This document shows positions 11,384 through 24,769 of a DNA stretch of 64,000 bases, one piece after another. Source of the DNA: Rotaria socialis (taxonomy: Eukaryota); assembly GCA_905331295.1 (NCBI GenBank), contig CAJNYD010000098.1, positions 1 to 64,000 of the forward strand, in the 5' to 3' direction. The notes beneath the pieces are model-generated. The model saw nothing but the letters and a program-made list of their open reading frames with translations, did no database searches and was not told the DNA's origin. The translations under genes and the position numbers were made by a program. How positions within the stretch are numbered: the stretch's first letter is position 1; the number at the start of each line of letters is the position of its first letter.

Positions 11384-14310
11384 ATCTCTATTCAAAAGTA
11401 ATGAAGAAAATAAAAAGCACTTAGTTATTAGCATATCTTTTCATTTTTTGTACTTAGTTTTTTTCTAAGTTTTGATAAGAGAACGTTTGAATGACTGTGT
11501 GTGTGTGCTTGTATGTTTGTATGTAAAAAAAGAGGAAACTTGGCAGATTCTTATTATTTGTTATTCTCGCTTGTTTTTTTTTTGATTATTCGTCCATTTA
11601 TTCTTTATAGTTTTAAACATAAAAACATAATCCATTGGGTTTTTTATGGCAGTAATTCTGCTTCACGCATTGTTTTATGACTATTCGATCGCATTTTTTG
11701 ACTGTTTCACTTGTTCGTTGAGTTAGTGCATTTACAAGTTAATTGAGTTTTCTTACCATGCATGTGACTAGTGAAAATGTTTTTCAAATGCAATATACCA
11801 ACAAATTCATCACATGGTTCACTTGGGAAAATTTTAGAATATTCGAAGAAGCAATAGACTTATGATGAAGTCTAGATGCTTTTCCACTTGATACTTTGAA
11901 TAAAAACCAAAGGATCAATAATTGAGTAATTCCGTTTTAATTTAACTTCACAGGCACATGCTATCTCAATCATAGTAAATGCTTTTAAGTTTTGCAAATA
12001 ATTACTAGTGGACTAAATTTCAAATAAAATGATATATTATATTTGTCATGTTTTTAAGCAATATGAATATTTATGTACGTTGGCTTTTGAAGAGTCAGAT
12101 CGGAAGGCGTGTTATATACGTACTTTAAGAACATGAGCAATCAACGATTTGAATCTATAAACGTTAGAATACGGTAGACTCGAAACACACTTATTTATAG
12201 TGTAGATCGTTCTCAAAAAGATCTAATAGCTGAGATAGAAGAATTAGTGGAGTCTCTATGTCGACTATGATTGTTCGTAGTTTTCATTCTATCGCGTTCC
12301 TCTTTGTTCAAAGAACTCTTCATCTTGTTTTCTTTATAAAAATAGTATATTTTATTGAACTAATATAGTCTTTTCGCAGGATTCGAATCATTTTTTTCAA
12401 CTTTTCCTATACCACATCTCAACTATCTCAAAGTATGTTTCTTTTTCACACAAATAGATAACATGTGAACACATGATATTCGAACTCGGCATCCTACGAC
12501 AATACAAAAAACTTCATCAAAAAAAAAAGAACAACCGTTCTTGTTCAATTTTTACCACGGTTGACTATAAAACTTACATTAGTTGTTAGAAAATCAAGAA
12601 TGGTATCTTCGTCAAATTGCATTCAGCATTTTTTAGAGGATTTCATAGTAGACTTTGTCAAAAGAAGTACAGGTCGACAAAATAAAAAATTGAAAAATTA
12701 CTGTAAATATAGTGTGACAATGTTTTATTTGATGGTATCTCTTACAATCATTTTATATTCCCAAGAACAATATCAATCGTTATTAATTTTTATTCAAATG
12801 CTACTACTAACTTATATATTGCTGTTACTGTGACAGAAACCTTTTTGTAAAACAAGTGATCACTAACTATCACTGTTCTTATTTATTTTTGGTCACTACG
12901 ATTGAATTCTAGCATTTACGAGGGAGTGGCTTTTTTTTCATTATTAGTTTGAAACAAATCTCTTAGCTATTTTCGATAGTCGAAGTTCTGATAAAATAAA
13001 TAGCTATGAGAAATAATGATGTTCACTTTTGCAGACGTTACATAGCATTACATAATTATATGATATAATCAATGGTGCAAGAGAAAAATGATTGTTATGA
13101 ATATATGTCAAAGATATATTATTGATTTTATTTGGATTTGATCACACTCATGAAGCTTCTAAATTAAATATTATTATTTCATTTAGCTGTAATTCAGTTT
13201 ATACGAAAGCAACAATTGATCTTGTTTGACTTAAATTTATTGTATGTGAATATAAATAATGATCAAACTACGAACCCCATGTGATTTAAGCTAAAATCAA
13301 CTATGAAAACTACTGTCTATGATAGCATTATGGAGCAAGATCAATTGTTATTAAATAATTAGATATATGATGCGATCCAAGAATAAAGCAATTAGCCATC
13401 ATCATTTACTTGACAATTTAATAAGTGGATAAAAATGCTGGTTATATTTAGAATTGTTCCTAGGCGCACAGCCATATTATGTTATGGTGACATGCTTTTG
13501 TCATTCGTCAATCAAATATGTGACAGGTTCGAATTTAAGATACACTAAGAGATAGAAATGTCGTCAAAGATGGTTGCATCGATGAATGAGAACTCCTATT
13601 GAAATATATTTTGTTAAAGTTGAACGGATATTGGGTACTACATGGATCAAGAGAATTTTCGAGACTCGTTTTAAGAAAAAAACTCATTAAGAACTACAAC
13701 TTCACTCAAGAAAACCGAACGAATCTGAATCAAATCAAGTAAATCCTACTGATCGTTCGAGATACTCTTCTCAATAACTTTGCTCAAGACATCGCCAAAA
13801 GTATATGAATATTGATACAGTTGTGCATAGTAGCGATTGTATTAATGAATCATTTTCCACTTTTAATATTTGCGAACAGCAAATAAGAAAGTTATCTTCC
13901 TAACATTTTTGACATGATTTTAACAAAAAAAGATGCACTTATTTTTGCAGCTCCAACTTAAACTTTATTTTTTTATCTCTATCTTTTTCTTCATATTATT
14001 AGTCGTCAAACCAAAGTTTTCTTTTTTCATCTGCCTATAAATCTCGTCACGATTTACCGTAAAAAAAAGTGCAAGAGAAAATAGAGATTCAAATAAATCC
14101 AAGAAAAACTTATTTACAAAAGAAATAAAATTTTTATAGACAGATGTGCTGCACGCATCGCATCATACAAAAGAAAAAAACATACAGAATAGTGCAGAGA
14201 GAAACACACGTGAAAACCTGAGCAGTGAACAAACACATACACACAAAAGAAACCGGATCAAAAAAACGTAATATATGCATATATATATATACACTACTGT
14301 TGTTCTCAAA

Positions 14311-17300
14311 TTATTTCAATGTATTCGAGCAAGACCGAGATGTTAATCGAAAAAATTGAAAATGTTTTGTCAATGCACCTTTTATATTATTTGAATATTG
14401 TTGTGAATGTTTCGGTGAGATTGAGCATGATGAGCTTCCATCTAGAGATGATGTTGGTGATGATGAATATGATGATTGATGCTGATGGTGAATCGTATGA
14501 GTTGATGAAAGATTATTAACAGTTGATGATGATTTCTTTTTATTATTTGTATTATGATCATTTAATGATGATGATGATATATGTTTGAAACAATGAATAT
14601 CATTTTTGCCATTTAATTCATTATGTGGTATTGGTATCCGATGGAAATCATCCCGATTATATATTGTATAGACTGTACATTTATCGAACATTGATAGTAA
14701 ACGTTCGACTTCTTTTCCTGAACGACGTAGAACATTAATACCTTCAATTGCATATATATATTCATTAACCTTGAAATAAAAATCAAATAAATAAAAAAAC
14801 TCAATTCAAATATTTATTTTATTTTCGTACCCGAATTCCAGATGTAAATGCCGAACCATATGGATCGAGTCTTTCAACATAGCATGGACCTTGACCTTGA
14901 AGAATTAGTCCATAGCCAGAACGATCACGTTTGAGCTAAAATAAATATTCAGATGAAGAGAAATTAATTATCGTTTTATATGCTCGAGTGCAAAAAAACA
15001 AACGATGCAATTTTAGTATTCTCTAGTCTCACGAGATTTATCTGCATAATAGTACTTCTCTAGTTCGAGGCAAAATATGCTTAATATACGATAGAAGAAC
15101 GATGAAACTAATTGAAAGTTGTGCTAAAGAACGAGTGAGGCATAAATAAATATTTCTATAATTACTTAATCAAATTTTATCAAGAATGACCTCCATATCT
15201 AATTAATGCATTCAGGTTAGGTTGTCCTGCCATAAAAATGCCATCGAAATATTCGATAGCTTTATGGCTTTTCTTATATTAATCACTCAACGTTCCAATA
15301 CATGCATCATAAAAACTATTTTAATCTTTTTGATTAAACCGAAAGAATCATGATTTAGATTTTCTGCAGAAAGGTATCACAAGTTTTGCTTCGAAATTAA
15401 GATGGATAAAAATCTAATTCTACTAAACTATATTCATTGGTATTTTTAACTAAGGATAAATAAAATTGCATCGCAACTTGACAGTTTTCCACAAGAGAAA
15501 TGAACGGATGTGTACCAGCCTGAAATGTCGAAATCTGAATAGAGATATCTCTTTAGTCGAATAAATTACGTAGATTCAAGAAAACTCTCATCCATTTTAA
15601 CTGCCATCATATTTATCTTAAAGAAAATCTTGAACTAGAACGAAATTTACTGCATATCCTGAAAACGAGCACGCTCGGTATTATTTCTAAAGCTATTTTT
15701 CATGGTGCCATATCTATTATAAACTAGAATATACTATAGACGTATTCAGAGAAAAAAAACAGCACTGTTAGAAAAGTAACATTAAAGTATCGACATATTC
15801 AGTTAGTTAGGAAAAAAAGAAAATAGAACTGAGCGCAAAGAAAATGATTTCAATAATATTGACTATGACTAATCTACAAATAGTGAAATTAATAATTCAA
15901 AAAGCAGAGGCCTATAGATATATTATAACAAATAATATTTGAAGAAATAAGTTACTATCTAACTTTCTACACTAGTTGACTAGCTTCAGATTTTGAATTC
16001 AAACAGCGAATGAGAATTATTTTTATTTCAGAATTTCATTTAACTAGTCTTTGGGGCATCGATCTAACAAGATAGAAATAAAAAAAACTTACCGTATAGT
16101 TCCTCCAACACCATGGTAATTCACGTCGTTCAAGTTCATCTGCACTTGGGCGATGTTCTAATTTAGAAACACGAACTTTTAGAAAATGATTTTTATCTAC
16201 AAATTTTTATTCTACCTGGATTCGCTGGTGAATTAAGACTTGAATATTTTTTTCTTCTGAAACTGTTTGTCGAACAAGTCGATTTAATTGTACAATCATT
16301 TTCATCACTATTCGAATTTTTTCGTGTCGATTGATCACCACTTATTGTATTACTGCTGATCGATGTTTGCACTGTTTCATTTAATATTGGAGATATTAAT
16401 GATTCTTGTTTTGATTCATGAATATCATTTTGCATTAAAGCAATTAAATCAAGACGTTGTTTTGGTGTTAAACGATGAGAATTACTTAGTATATATTGAT
16501 GATGATCGTCATTACGAAATTTTCTTGAACAATTGCATTCTGTTTGTTGTTCACATTCATCTAAACAAAAAATTTTAATTCATTCATTTATTTAAGAAAA
16601 AAACAATTGTCGTACTGAATTGAACAAGGCCATATATGATCATTTCATCAACAAGACGTTCAATATTAGACATGTTTGTAACACTACGTAAGGCAACCAT
16701 TCGAGCTAAATTGTCGCCTTTTAGTAATATTCCTGAGTGTTCATCATATGGATTTCGAGAAGTTGGTTCTTGTTGTAAATCTATACCACGACATTGACTT
16801 TTATCAAGTGTAAATAAACTTAAAACGAATGAAATTGGTATTTTGAAAACACAAAATCTATCATTTTAATTTACCTTGCATAAGTTTCATAAATGGAAGC
16901 AAACTGTTGAAAGGAACGATTTTCATCAGCTGTTCCATCATCAAGGCGAAAACGAAACAAATATTTAACATTTGTAATCGACGACGGCAATGAAGAATAT
17001 TCAAATTCATTCAAATCACAAACTAAAAATCAATGAAATAAAGATAATTAATTTCTACTAAAAATACCAAGACTATTTGAAATTCCAAATATAAATATTG
17101 ACGAGTTGTTTTAGTCACCATAGCTATCAGATGTTTTGATTTTTTTGAAATCAAAACTGAGTACACAAATACTTCAAATATTTTACATTATGTATCACGA
17201 GTTGAAACAGGTAAAAAGCAAAACAAATGTAATCATTGTATTATTAATCTTCTAGATGTATGACTAGCTATCTGACTATTTTATATTAACCTTTACTTAG

Positions 17301-18479
17301 GTCCATATTGTTGAAGTCGAAACTTGCTAACAATAAAAATGAATTTATATGTTTTTGTCTTACTCCTATCGAATATAATTGTAAAATTTTTGACAAAAAA
17401 ATGAAAAGACAATCAATCGATATAAAATTATTTTGCTTTCAGTATGTTTCTAAATCATTTGTTAGCAAAATTTACTACGAGTGTATACTAGCTCGTAATA
17501 TGTATATGACCTCGTGATGCAATAGTAGCTCTTTTTTTGAGCATCTGTATATCTTATTTAAGAGCTTAATCAATAAACTTCCTATGATAAAAATGTGTAA
17601 TACATTTTCCGCCTTATCGAACTTCCGATTAACTTTATTTATTGTATAATGATTTCTTACTGCTACATTATTGATAGATGAGCAGCCGTACGATTCGTAA
17701 AGGTCACAATTCTAATAGAATCTTTAGACATTCATTATTTTCCCCTTTCCTATCATATCTTTTTAAAAAACAAATCCAAATTTTGCTATGTGCTGATAAC
17801 ATTGTTCTCCATATGATTCATTAGGTTCGAAATATTTCGTATCGGTTGGTGCCTTAGACTATATTTTACATAATTCACGATTTACTGAGTAAAGAAATAA
17901 TTCTAATATAACTCGAAAGCTACTGTCGTTTTGTTCTTATTCTCGAAGTTTATAGTGCCCTAGAAAAGTTTTATTCTCTTTTTTTGTCTAACAGATGTAA
18001 ACTAAACGGAAGAGAAATTATTTTTGTTGGCGTAATGCCAAAAATTAAAAACTCATATTTCTTCTTACCATGATGAATAATTTTTAATTTTTCTAAAACT
18101 TGAAATAGTTCTTGTCCATCATCGATTGTTTTACACAATTGTCGTTTTATAAGCCAATTAATAATTTCATACGAATGAAAACAATTATGAAATAATGAAT
18201 GGAAATTATTATTATTATTATTATTTTCATCATTAAAATAAGCTGAATATGAGTGATGAATTAATTTTTCTTCTTTCATTCGTTGTCTTGAAAAAGAAAT
18301 GTATAAATGAATGACAAATAAATAATAGTTTTTAAATATTCATACCTTAAATGTAATGCTGCTGTATATACATTAACAAAATATTTTATATCATTATATC
18401 GATGGTTTAACTCATCATTATATTGGTAACTATCATCATTTTTAGGCATGGTTTTTCCACTAGTACCAATGGGACACAT
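14311..18479 (-). CDS. DEPTOR: DEPTOR-like protein (DEP-DEP-Ser-rich linker-PDZ), multi-exon
   Basis: LHLRQRMKEEKLI..NCFHSYEIINWLI..KIIHHVCD..YLFRFRLDDGT (DEP1), a degenerate DEP2 (IYGLVQF..LIALMQN) and PDZ (GYGLILQGQGPCYVERLDPYGSAFTSGIR..IEGINVL). Confidence 0.75.
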
Positions 18480-21400
18480 AAAATTATTTCTTGAATGACT
18501 ACTTAACGCTAAAAATATAAAGAAAAAAAAATAACATGTATACCTTTCTTTCTATTCATTGAATGTCTTTTCGTCATGACGAACAAGGAAGATTCTATGG
18601 TTTTTTTCCCTTCCGCCAACGCTGAAGGAAGAGAACAAGAAAAAAAAACGATTAATCTCTTCTTTCTACCCGTATTCATCTTTATGCAATAATAATGATA
18701 ATAGATTTTTTCTTTTTTTTTCTCTTCAATTAACGATTTCATTTCATCGACTATTCATAGTTATATCAAGGCAACAGAGATGTGTTTTTGTTTCTGTCTA
18801 GTCATTCGTCTCGACAGTCATACATATCTATCTATCTAACCATAATTTTCATTAAAATGATGAGCAGAGAAAAGATAAAAAAAATAGAATCAAGAGGTCA
18901 TTTCGTACATAGACGACGAAAAAGAAATTGAATGAAACAGATGCATGAATGTAAAGAAAGAAGTCAAGGTTGATAATTATTGATTTTGGCGTACATCCAA
19001 ACAAATGAACAAAGAATTTTTCAGGAACTTTAACAATTATATTTCTATAGCTTTGTTCTTTTCGTACATACTAAAGAAGTTTCAATGTATTATTGCAAAC
19101 GAGATTTATGCATTAATAACACAAAATGAAAAGAAATATGAAAGAGAACGATTGCAGATGACCCAAAGAAAAAACATAGGATGAACAATATAAAGATACT
19201 TTCTTTGTTTCTCCCATTTTGGCGATAAGCCAAACAATGTATTAGCCAGCAAAAGAAGAAAGACGACGATGCGAATGAATATATGCTAGATGCTGGTAGA
19301 ATATTTGTTGACGCTCGCGTAGCATATATGTAAGGTCGTAATGACAAGGAGAAACAAACGGTAGAAAGTAAGATTGAAGAAGATAAGCAAATATAGTCAT
19401 AAAAATGGGATGTCAAATAAAATAAAAATCTGTCAGTCACTACTATAGGTTGATACAAAAGACAACGAGGAAAATTGCAAGTGAATACCTATTAATAACT
19501 TTCAACGATAAAAGAGATACTTCTGTCTGAAGTAGAATGCGACGATGAACGTTCGTCACTTAAAATGCCTGTAAGCGTTGAAACTTTTTATTCTTTGTGC
19601 GGTACTTTCGTCTTTTTATGATGTGCATACAAGAATCAGGTATGTCTTCTGGCGTGGATTCTATGCCACTGTTAATATTTTCTTCGTACAGGCATATAAT
19701 TTTACCTTGAAATCTAAGCGATGCATGATGGAACATGAAAATCTGTATTTGCATATACATCGTGACCTTGGCCAAGGACGTTCACTCATGTGTAAAGTAG
19801 AAGAAAAATGTTTGTTTGCTACGTTGTCACAATAAAAACGAAAATTTCTTCTTTTATTCAAGTGCCCCACTAACATAGCGACGAAATGGACGGCAGACAC
19901 TTACATGATTCATGTCACCGAAAAGAAGTAATATTTTATCGTATTAAAATAAGCGACGAAAAAAAAATTCTGTTCACAATAGATCACTATATGAGAATGT
20001 AAATAGGATTTAAATTTCATTGTAGATATAAAAATCAAATGTATAGTATCGATTTGTTGATATTGAAACTCTTACAGACTCTCTCATTAAAATATATCAT
20101 ATTATATATGTATCATTGATATATCTGCTAAGCATTCGTTGAGAATTTCGATTCACTTTTATAATTACATAGGAGTGACTTAGTTAAATAAAAGAGACTT
20201 TTACTTTTGCATATTTTCTTATCTTTTTCTGAATAATTTCTTAATAAGTTATTGTTAGAAAACACTCCAGAATATCAATCGATGATTGAAAATAAAAATT
20301 TTAGCGTCACTAACGTGATTTTCGATTGGTAGATATTGATACTCCTTTCTTTTTTTGTACAACGAGAATAAATATGAATAGTTAGTGAATAAATAAAAAT
20401 AAAAGCATTCGTTAACATGCATTTCTACACAAAAAAAAATTACGGAAGTACGGATGACTATCTTAGCAATATGCTTTCTTAACTGTATTGAAAACTTATT
20501 TAAAAAAAACTATACACGTACATTGCACAAAGAAGAGGAATAACTATTGCAATTTTAGGTGGAACTATCTATCATAAACTATTACGTATCCTTCATAAAA
20601 AAAATGTATTCCTGATGTAAGTTTTTTTTTGAAGAAAATAGTAGGCTGCTAATGCTATATGCGATGGATCACAGCAATATAAAGGATGTGATAGCCGTTC
20701 GTATTAGTATTATAGCATGACAATCACTAAGTGATTGGTATAATCATTTGTTTTTTAGATTATTTTCTTCCTAGGTCAAGAATAGATCGTCTGCTAAATC
20801 AATAACTAGGAACTCTTTGATTCGCTCTTATTTACAAAGATAGCAGAAAGACTGACGATGATCTAAGAGATAAAAGCGATGACGTATTCCATCAAGCTAT
20901 TTTCCATACAGGCAAATAGTAGACGATGACAACAACAATAATCAATGAATTGATGTACGCAAAAGAACATTTTGTCTGATGACATATATTACTTCGCCTA
21001 CGATTTCAAAGAAACAGACATAAATGACTCATCTCAAGTGCATAGAAGGAAGCGTAAAAAAGCAGACATAGGATTACTAATCATTCTGCAAGGGAGTTAA
21101 ACACATAAACAGTATTCTCAAAAACTAGAATCAATATAATTATTTCTCCTATCATTCAAGCTAGAACAAAGCTACGCGATGTAATTCATTTTATATATTT
21201 TTCAAAAGACAAATTTATACACATACGCACACTCTTTGTTCTTCTCAGGGGAAATTACCAAAGGCATTTACATTTCAATGAATGAGTGTTGGCTTCATTC
21301 CATCATAACTGTTGAAAAATGGCACGCAACAGAAGGAAATGAGTATGTGTCTATGTTCGATGCACTTATATCTATTCTAAAGCAAAGAAAAACAAGACAA

Positions 21401-23391
21401 TCAGACAGACAGACACGCAGACAGATGGATGTGACCATCGTTTCTTTTTCTTCTCGTATTGTTATTGTTTTTGTTGTTTCTGTCATGCGGCAAACAACAA
21501 ACAGCTTGAAACATAAACGAGTGTCTTTATTCTCTCTAAAAAGAAATTTTTCTATGAAAATAGTATAGATGATACAAGAGTAAAATAAATGCGCAATTGA
21601 CAAATAAAAATCTGTAAAAGAATAAGAAAAGCAGATGCAAATAGAAAACTAAGAATTAATATACGTCTTGAAATGCACGTGGTTACTTACTTTCACATAA
21701 CGACACAATATGAGCTATGATTAAAGAAGAATAAGGAAAAAAACATTGCGGAAAACAATAAAGTGACACATGATTATTTGCAGGACGCAAAAAAGTCACC
21801 CGGGATATAAATATATATTAATGTTTTTATTTTCTTGTACGATATGGACTTCTGGTACATATGATACTGCTCCGTTTCTCCCCTTTTTTCTCCTAGTGAA
21901 CATCTGCGCAGTCATTCATCGATCCTGTTCTCTTACGCATAAACAAAAGACCAAATGATGCCGATTGATCATAAAAGAAATAAAATTCGTGCTGACGCGC
22001 TTACCATTATGTATGCTTATGAAAGAACAAGAATCTTTTCCGTAATTATACTGTATCGTTTGTCTCATACGAAAGGAATGAAAAATGCTGAATGATATGC
22101 GTTTACCTTTCGATTCTTTACTTTTCTTTCGTTTTTTTCTTCTTTCTTCCCAGTGTCTTTGTATGTCTCATGTTCTTTTGTCAACAGAGAATACTCACTC
22201 AAGAGTAGTAAGTAGCAACAACAAAATGAGAGAATGAGAGAGTGAGTACGCTGGTCGAGAATTAGGTGCGAGGCGTGAGTGCACGCGCTTCGCGTTGCTA
22301 TTTTTGTTGTTAAAGCAAACTGCGTAAAAACTTCCACACACACAATATTATAAGGAAGAAAAATAAAGTCTATATTGTCGCTCTGTATTTTTAAGTCACC
22401 CGACTCAGCATATGACACTATTTGATGTAAAGTAAGCGTAAAAATGATACTTTTCTTGAAGACGAAAAAAAAATACTTCCAAGTTTTTTTCTTATATATA
22501 ATTGAGTCTCTTATGGAAAAAATATACCTATCAATCTAAAAACTAAAATATTACAAATGAATTGAACATAGAAGAAAGTGTGACGGATACGGATTTTATT
22601 CTATTTTTAATTTCTCATGAATATTTACATCAAGGACATACAATTATGATTTGCTTATTCTTTATTCATCTTATATTCAAAAGTATCTAGATGTAATAAT
22701 TTGGAACGATAAGTACTAACCGAGACATTATCCGTTAAATGTTACAGAATCAGTTTAATGAGAAAATATACTCTTAATCATTAGCGCATTACTCTTTTTA
22801 TCGTAATAAATTATTTAACAATCGAGACATTTCAATAGAGATAAACGTTTCTTGTAGGAGAAAATATGTAATATCTCAAAATAGATAAATGACTGACAGA
22901 TGCTTAGTAAATGATGGGAAACACGAAGACTCTGATTGTTAGATAGGTACGTTTACCTATCTCTTTATTTCTTCAAACCAACACCAGCTAGAATCCCTTT
23001 TACCACTCCAACAACTCTTTTTCTCCATACATATGTTAAACCAATTAGTCAGTCTCGTGACCAATAGAGATAACAGACAGAAGATAATTAGCGGCCAAAG
23101 ATAGCGCCACTACTTAACACTGATAATCAATGTCGTTTCGGCATACGAAATGAAGGATAATAATAGGTTGAATAGTTCTTAACGATTTACTGCCATTCAT
23201 CATATGTGCTATATTAATAGATAGTTTTTGTAGTTAAATGTCAGCTATGCATAAAATGGACATTTATGTACAATTAGTATGCATACATATTCATACGTAT
23301 ATCCATTCGAGGATGCATATAATCATAAAGAAGCTTCTTCACTTAATTAAAATTTTCAAAAGAAAATAACTTATTTGATATTAAAAATAGT

Positions 23392-23466
23392 AAAAGAAAA
23401 GGTTTACTTATTATAAAAAAAACGAAAAGAAAAGGTTTACTTATTATAAAAAAAAACGAAAAGAAA
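23392..23466. repeat. Short tandem duplication, ~33-bp unit, 2+ copies
   Basis: aaaagaaaaggtttacttattataaaaaaaacg repeated directly. Confidence 0.75.
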
Positions 23467-24769
23467 CGCTTACATAACTCACGATTTAATCTGTTTGTTA
23501 ATATAAGTAATAATGGCTCCATTTGATTTCTTCTTTTTATTTTTATTTTGTGATAATAATAAATAATTAATATCAGGCAAAAAAAAACGATCTGTTTGTG
23601 TACTATAATTATTCGTTCAATGAGGTATAAGACAAGACCATAAGAAAACTGTTTAAGAGCAACAATAAAAACGACGGCTAATCGAAACAAAAACAATGAA
23701 TAAACTAGTAGCTATGATCTTGCCTGCTTAAAAGAAATAAAAATGATTCTTGGATATTTAGAACGAGATAAACCAAGCGGCGTGTATATCTTCCTCTCAA
23801 TTACCGTATTTTCTTTTTCTCCTGCATATGAACAGTTAAAATAGATTTCCCTCGATATATTTGTAGGTTGAAAAAATTGCGCATCTAAATTATAGTAGAT
23901 CCATAAATGTCAATAGGTGCATTGGTTTCTTCTTCACTTTTCTTAAATTTTAGATTTATCAGAGAAAATCAATAGGCATGATCGATATTGGCGATTGATA
24001 TTATTTTTTGTTTATTATAAACTATATACTAAACGGAGAAAATTCATTCATAGATTTTGTATTCTCTGCATTATCGCATGTTATTTTGAATGATCAGAAT
24101 AAACGTACTTGTTCTTCATATGATCAGAGCTGAATTACAAAAGCGAAAATAGAATTAATTGATACAAGTTCATGACAAAATTTCGCTTAAATAAACGATA
24201 TATTGATAGAATAAATATTTGAATATATTATTTAAAAAAAATATATAAAGTAGCTATTCATAGATATGTTGAATTACAATACGATCAATTTCTAGTCAGA
24301 CTTCTTGATACTGAAATATGATTAGATAATTCATGATTATATACACAAAAGTTATGGTACGTTGTATATTATTGACCTCAATGAAATGCCCTTAGAAAGA
24401 CATTATTGAAATAAATTTTCTTCTTACAACTAAGTTTAAAACAGAGAAGTTGTCTACCTATTAAATCGTAAATGAGATTTTACATTTGACGAATGCATGG
24501 AGATAACATATCACAAAAAGAAAAATGAAATAAAGAATAAAATAAAATAAAATAGTGTCAGAAAATTTCTTTATATAGAAATGTCGTAACATAGCTGCTT
24601 GATATTCTGGATATTTTCAGTTTTAAACCATCATACTTGTTTCTTATAAAATTTAGAAATAAGACGAAGAAAAATTAGATTTAAAATAAATTGAATATTT
24701 ATTCATATAACGAAATAAAAAAAACGAAGCTGTGCCATTGTCTATATATTTTTTATATTCATAGGTCTG

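Noticed and set aside
19090..23696. Several 60-120 aa ORFs
   Set aside because: Low-complexity F/I/L/K composition typical of AT-rich non-coding DNA, with no motifs or coherent exon chains.
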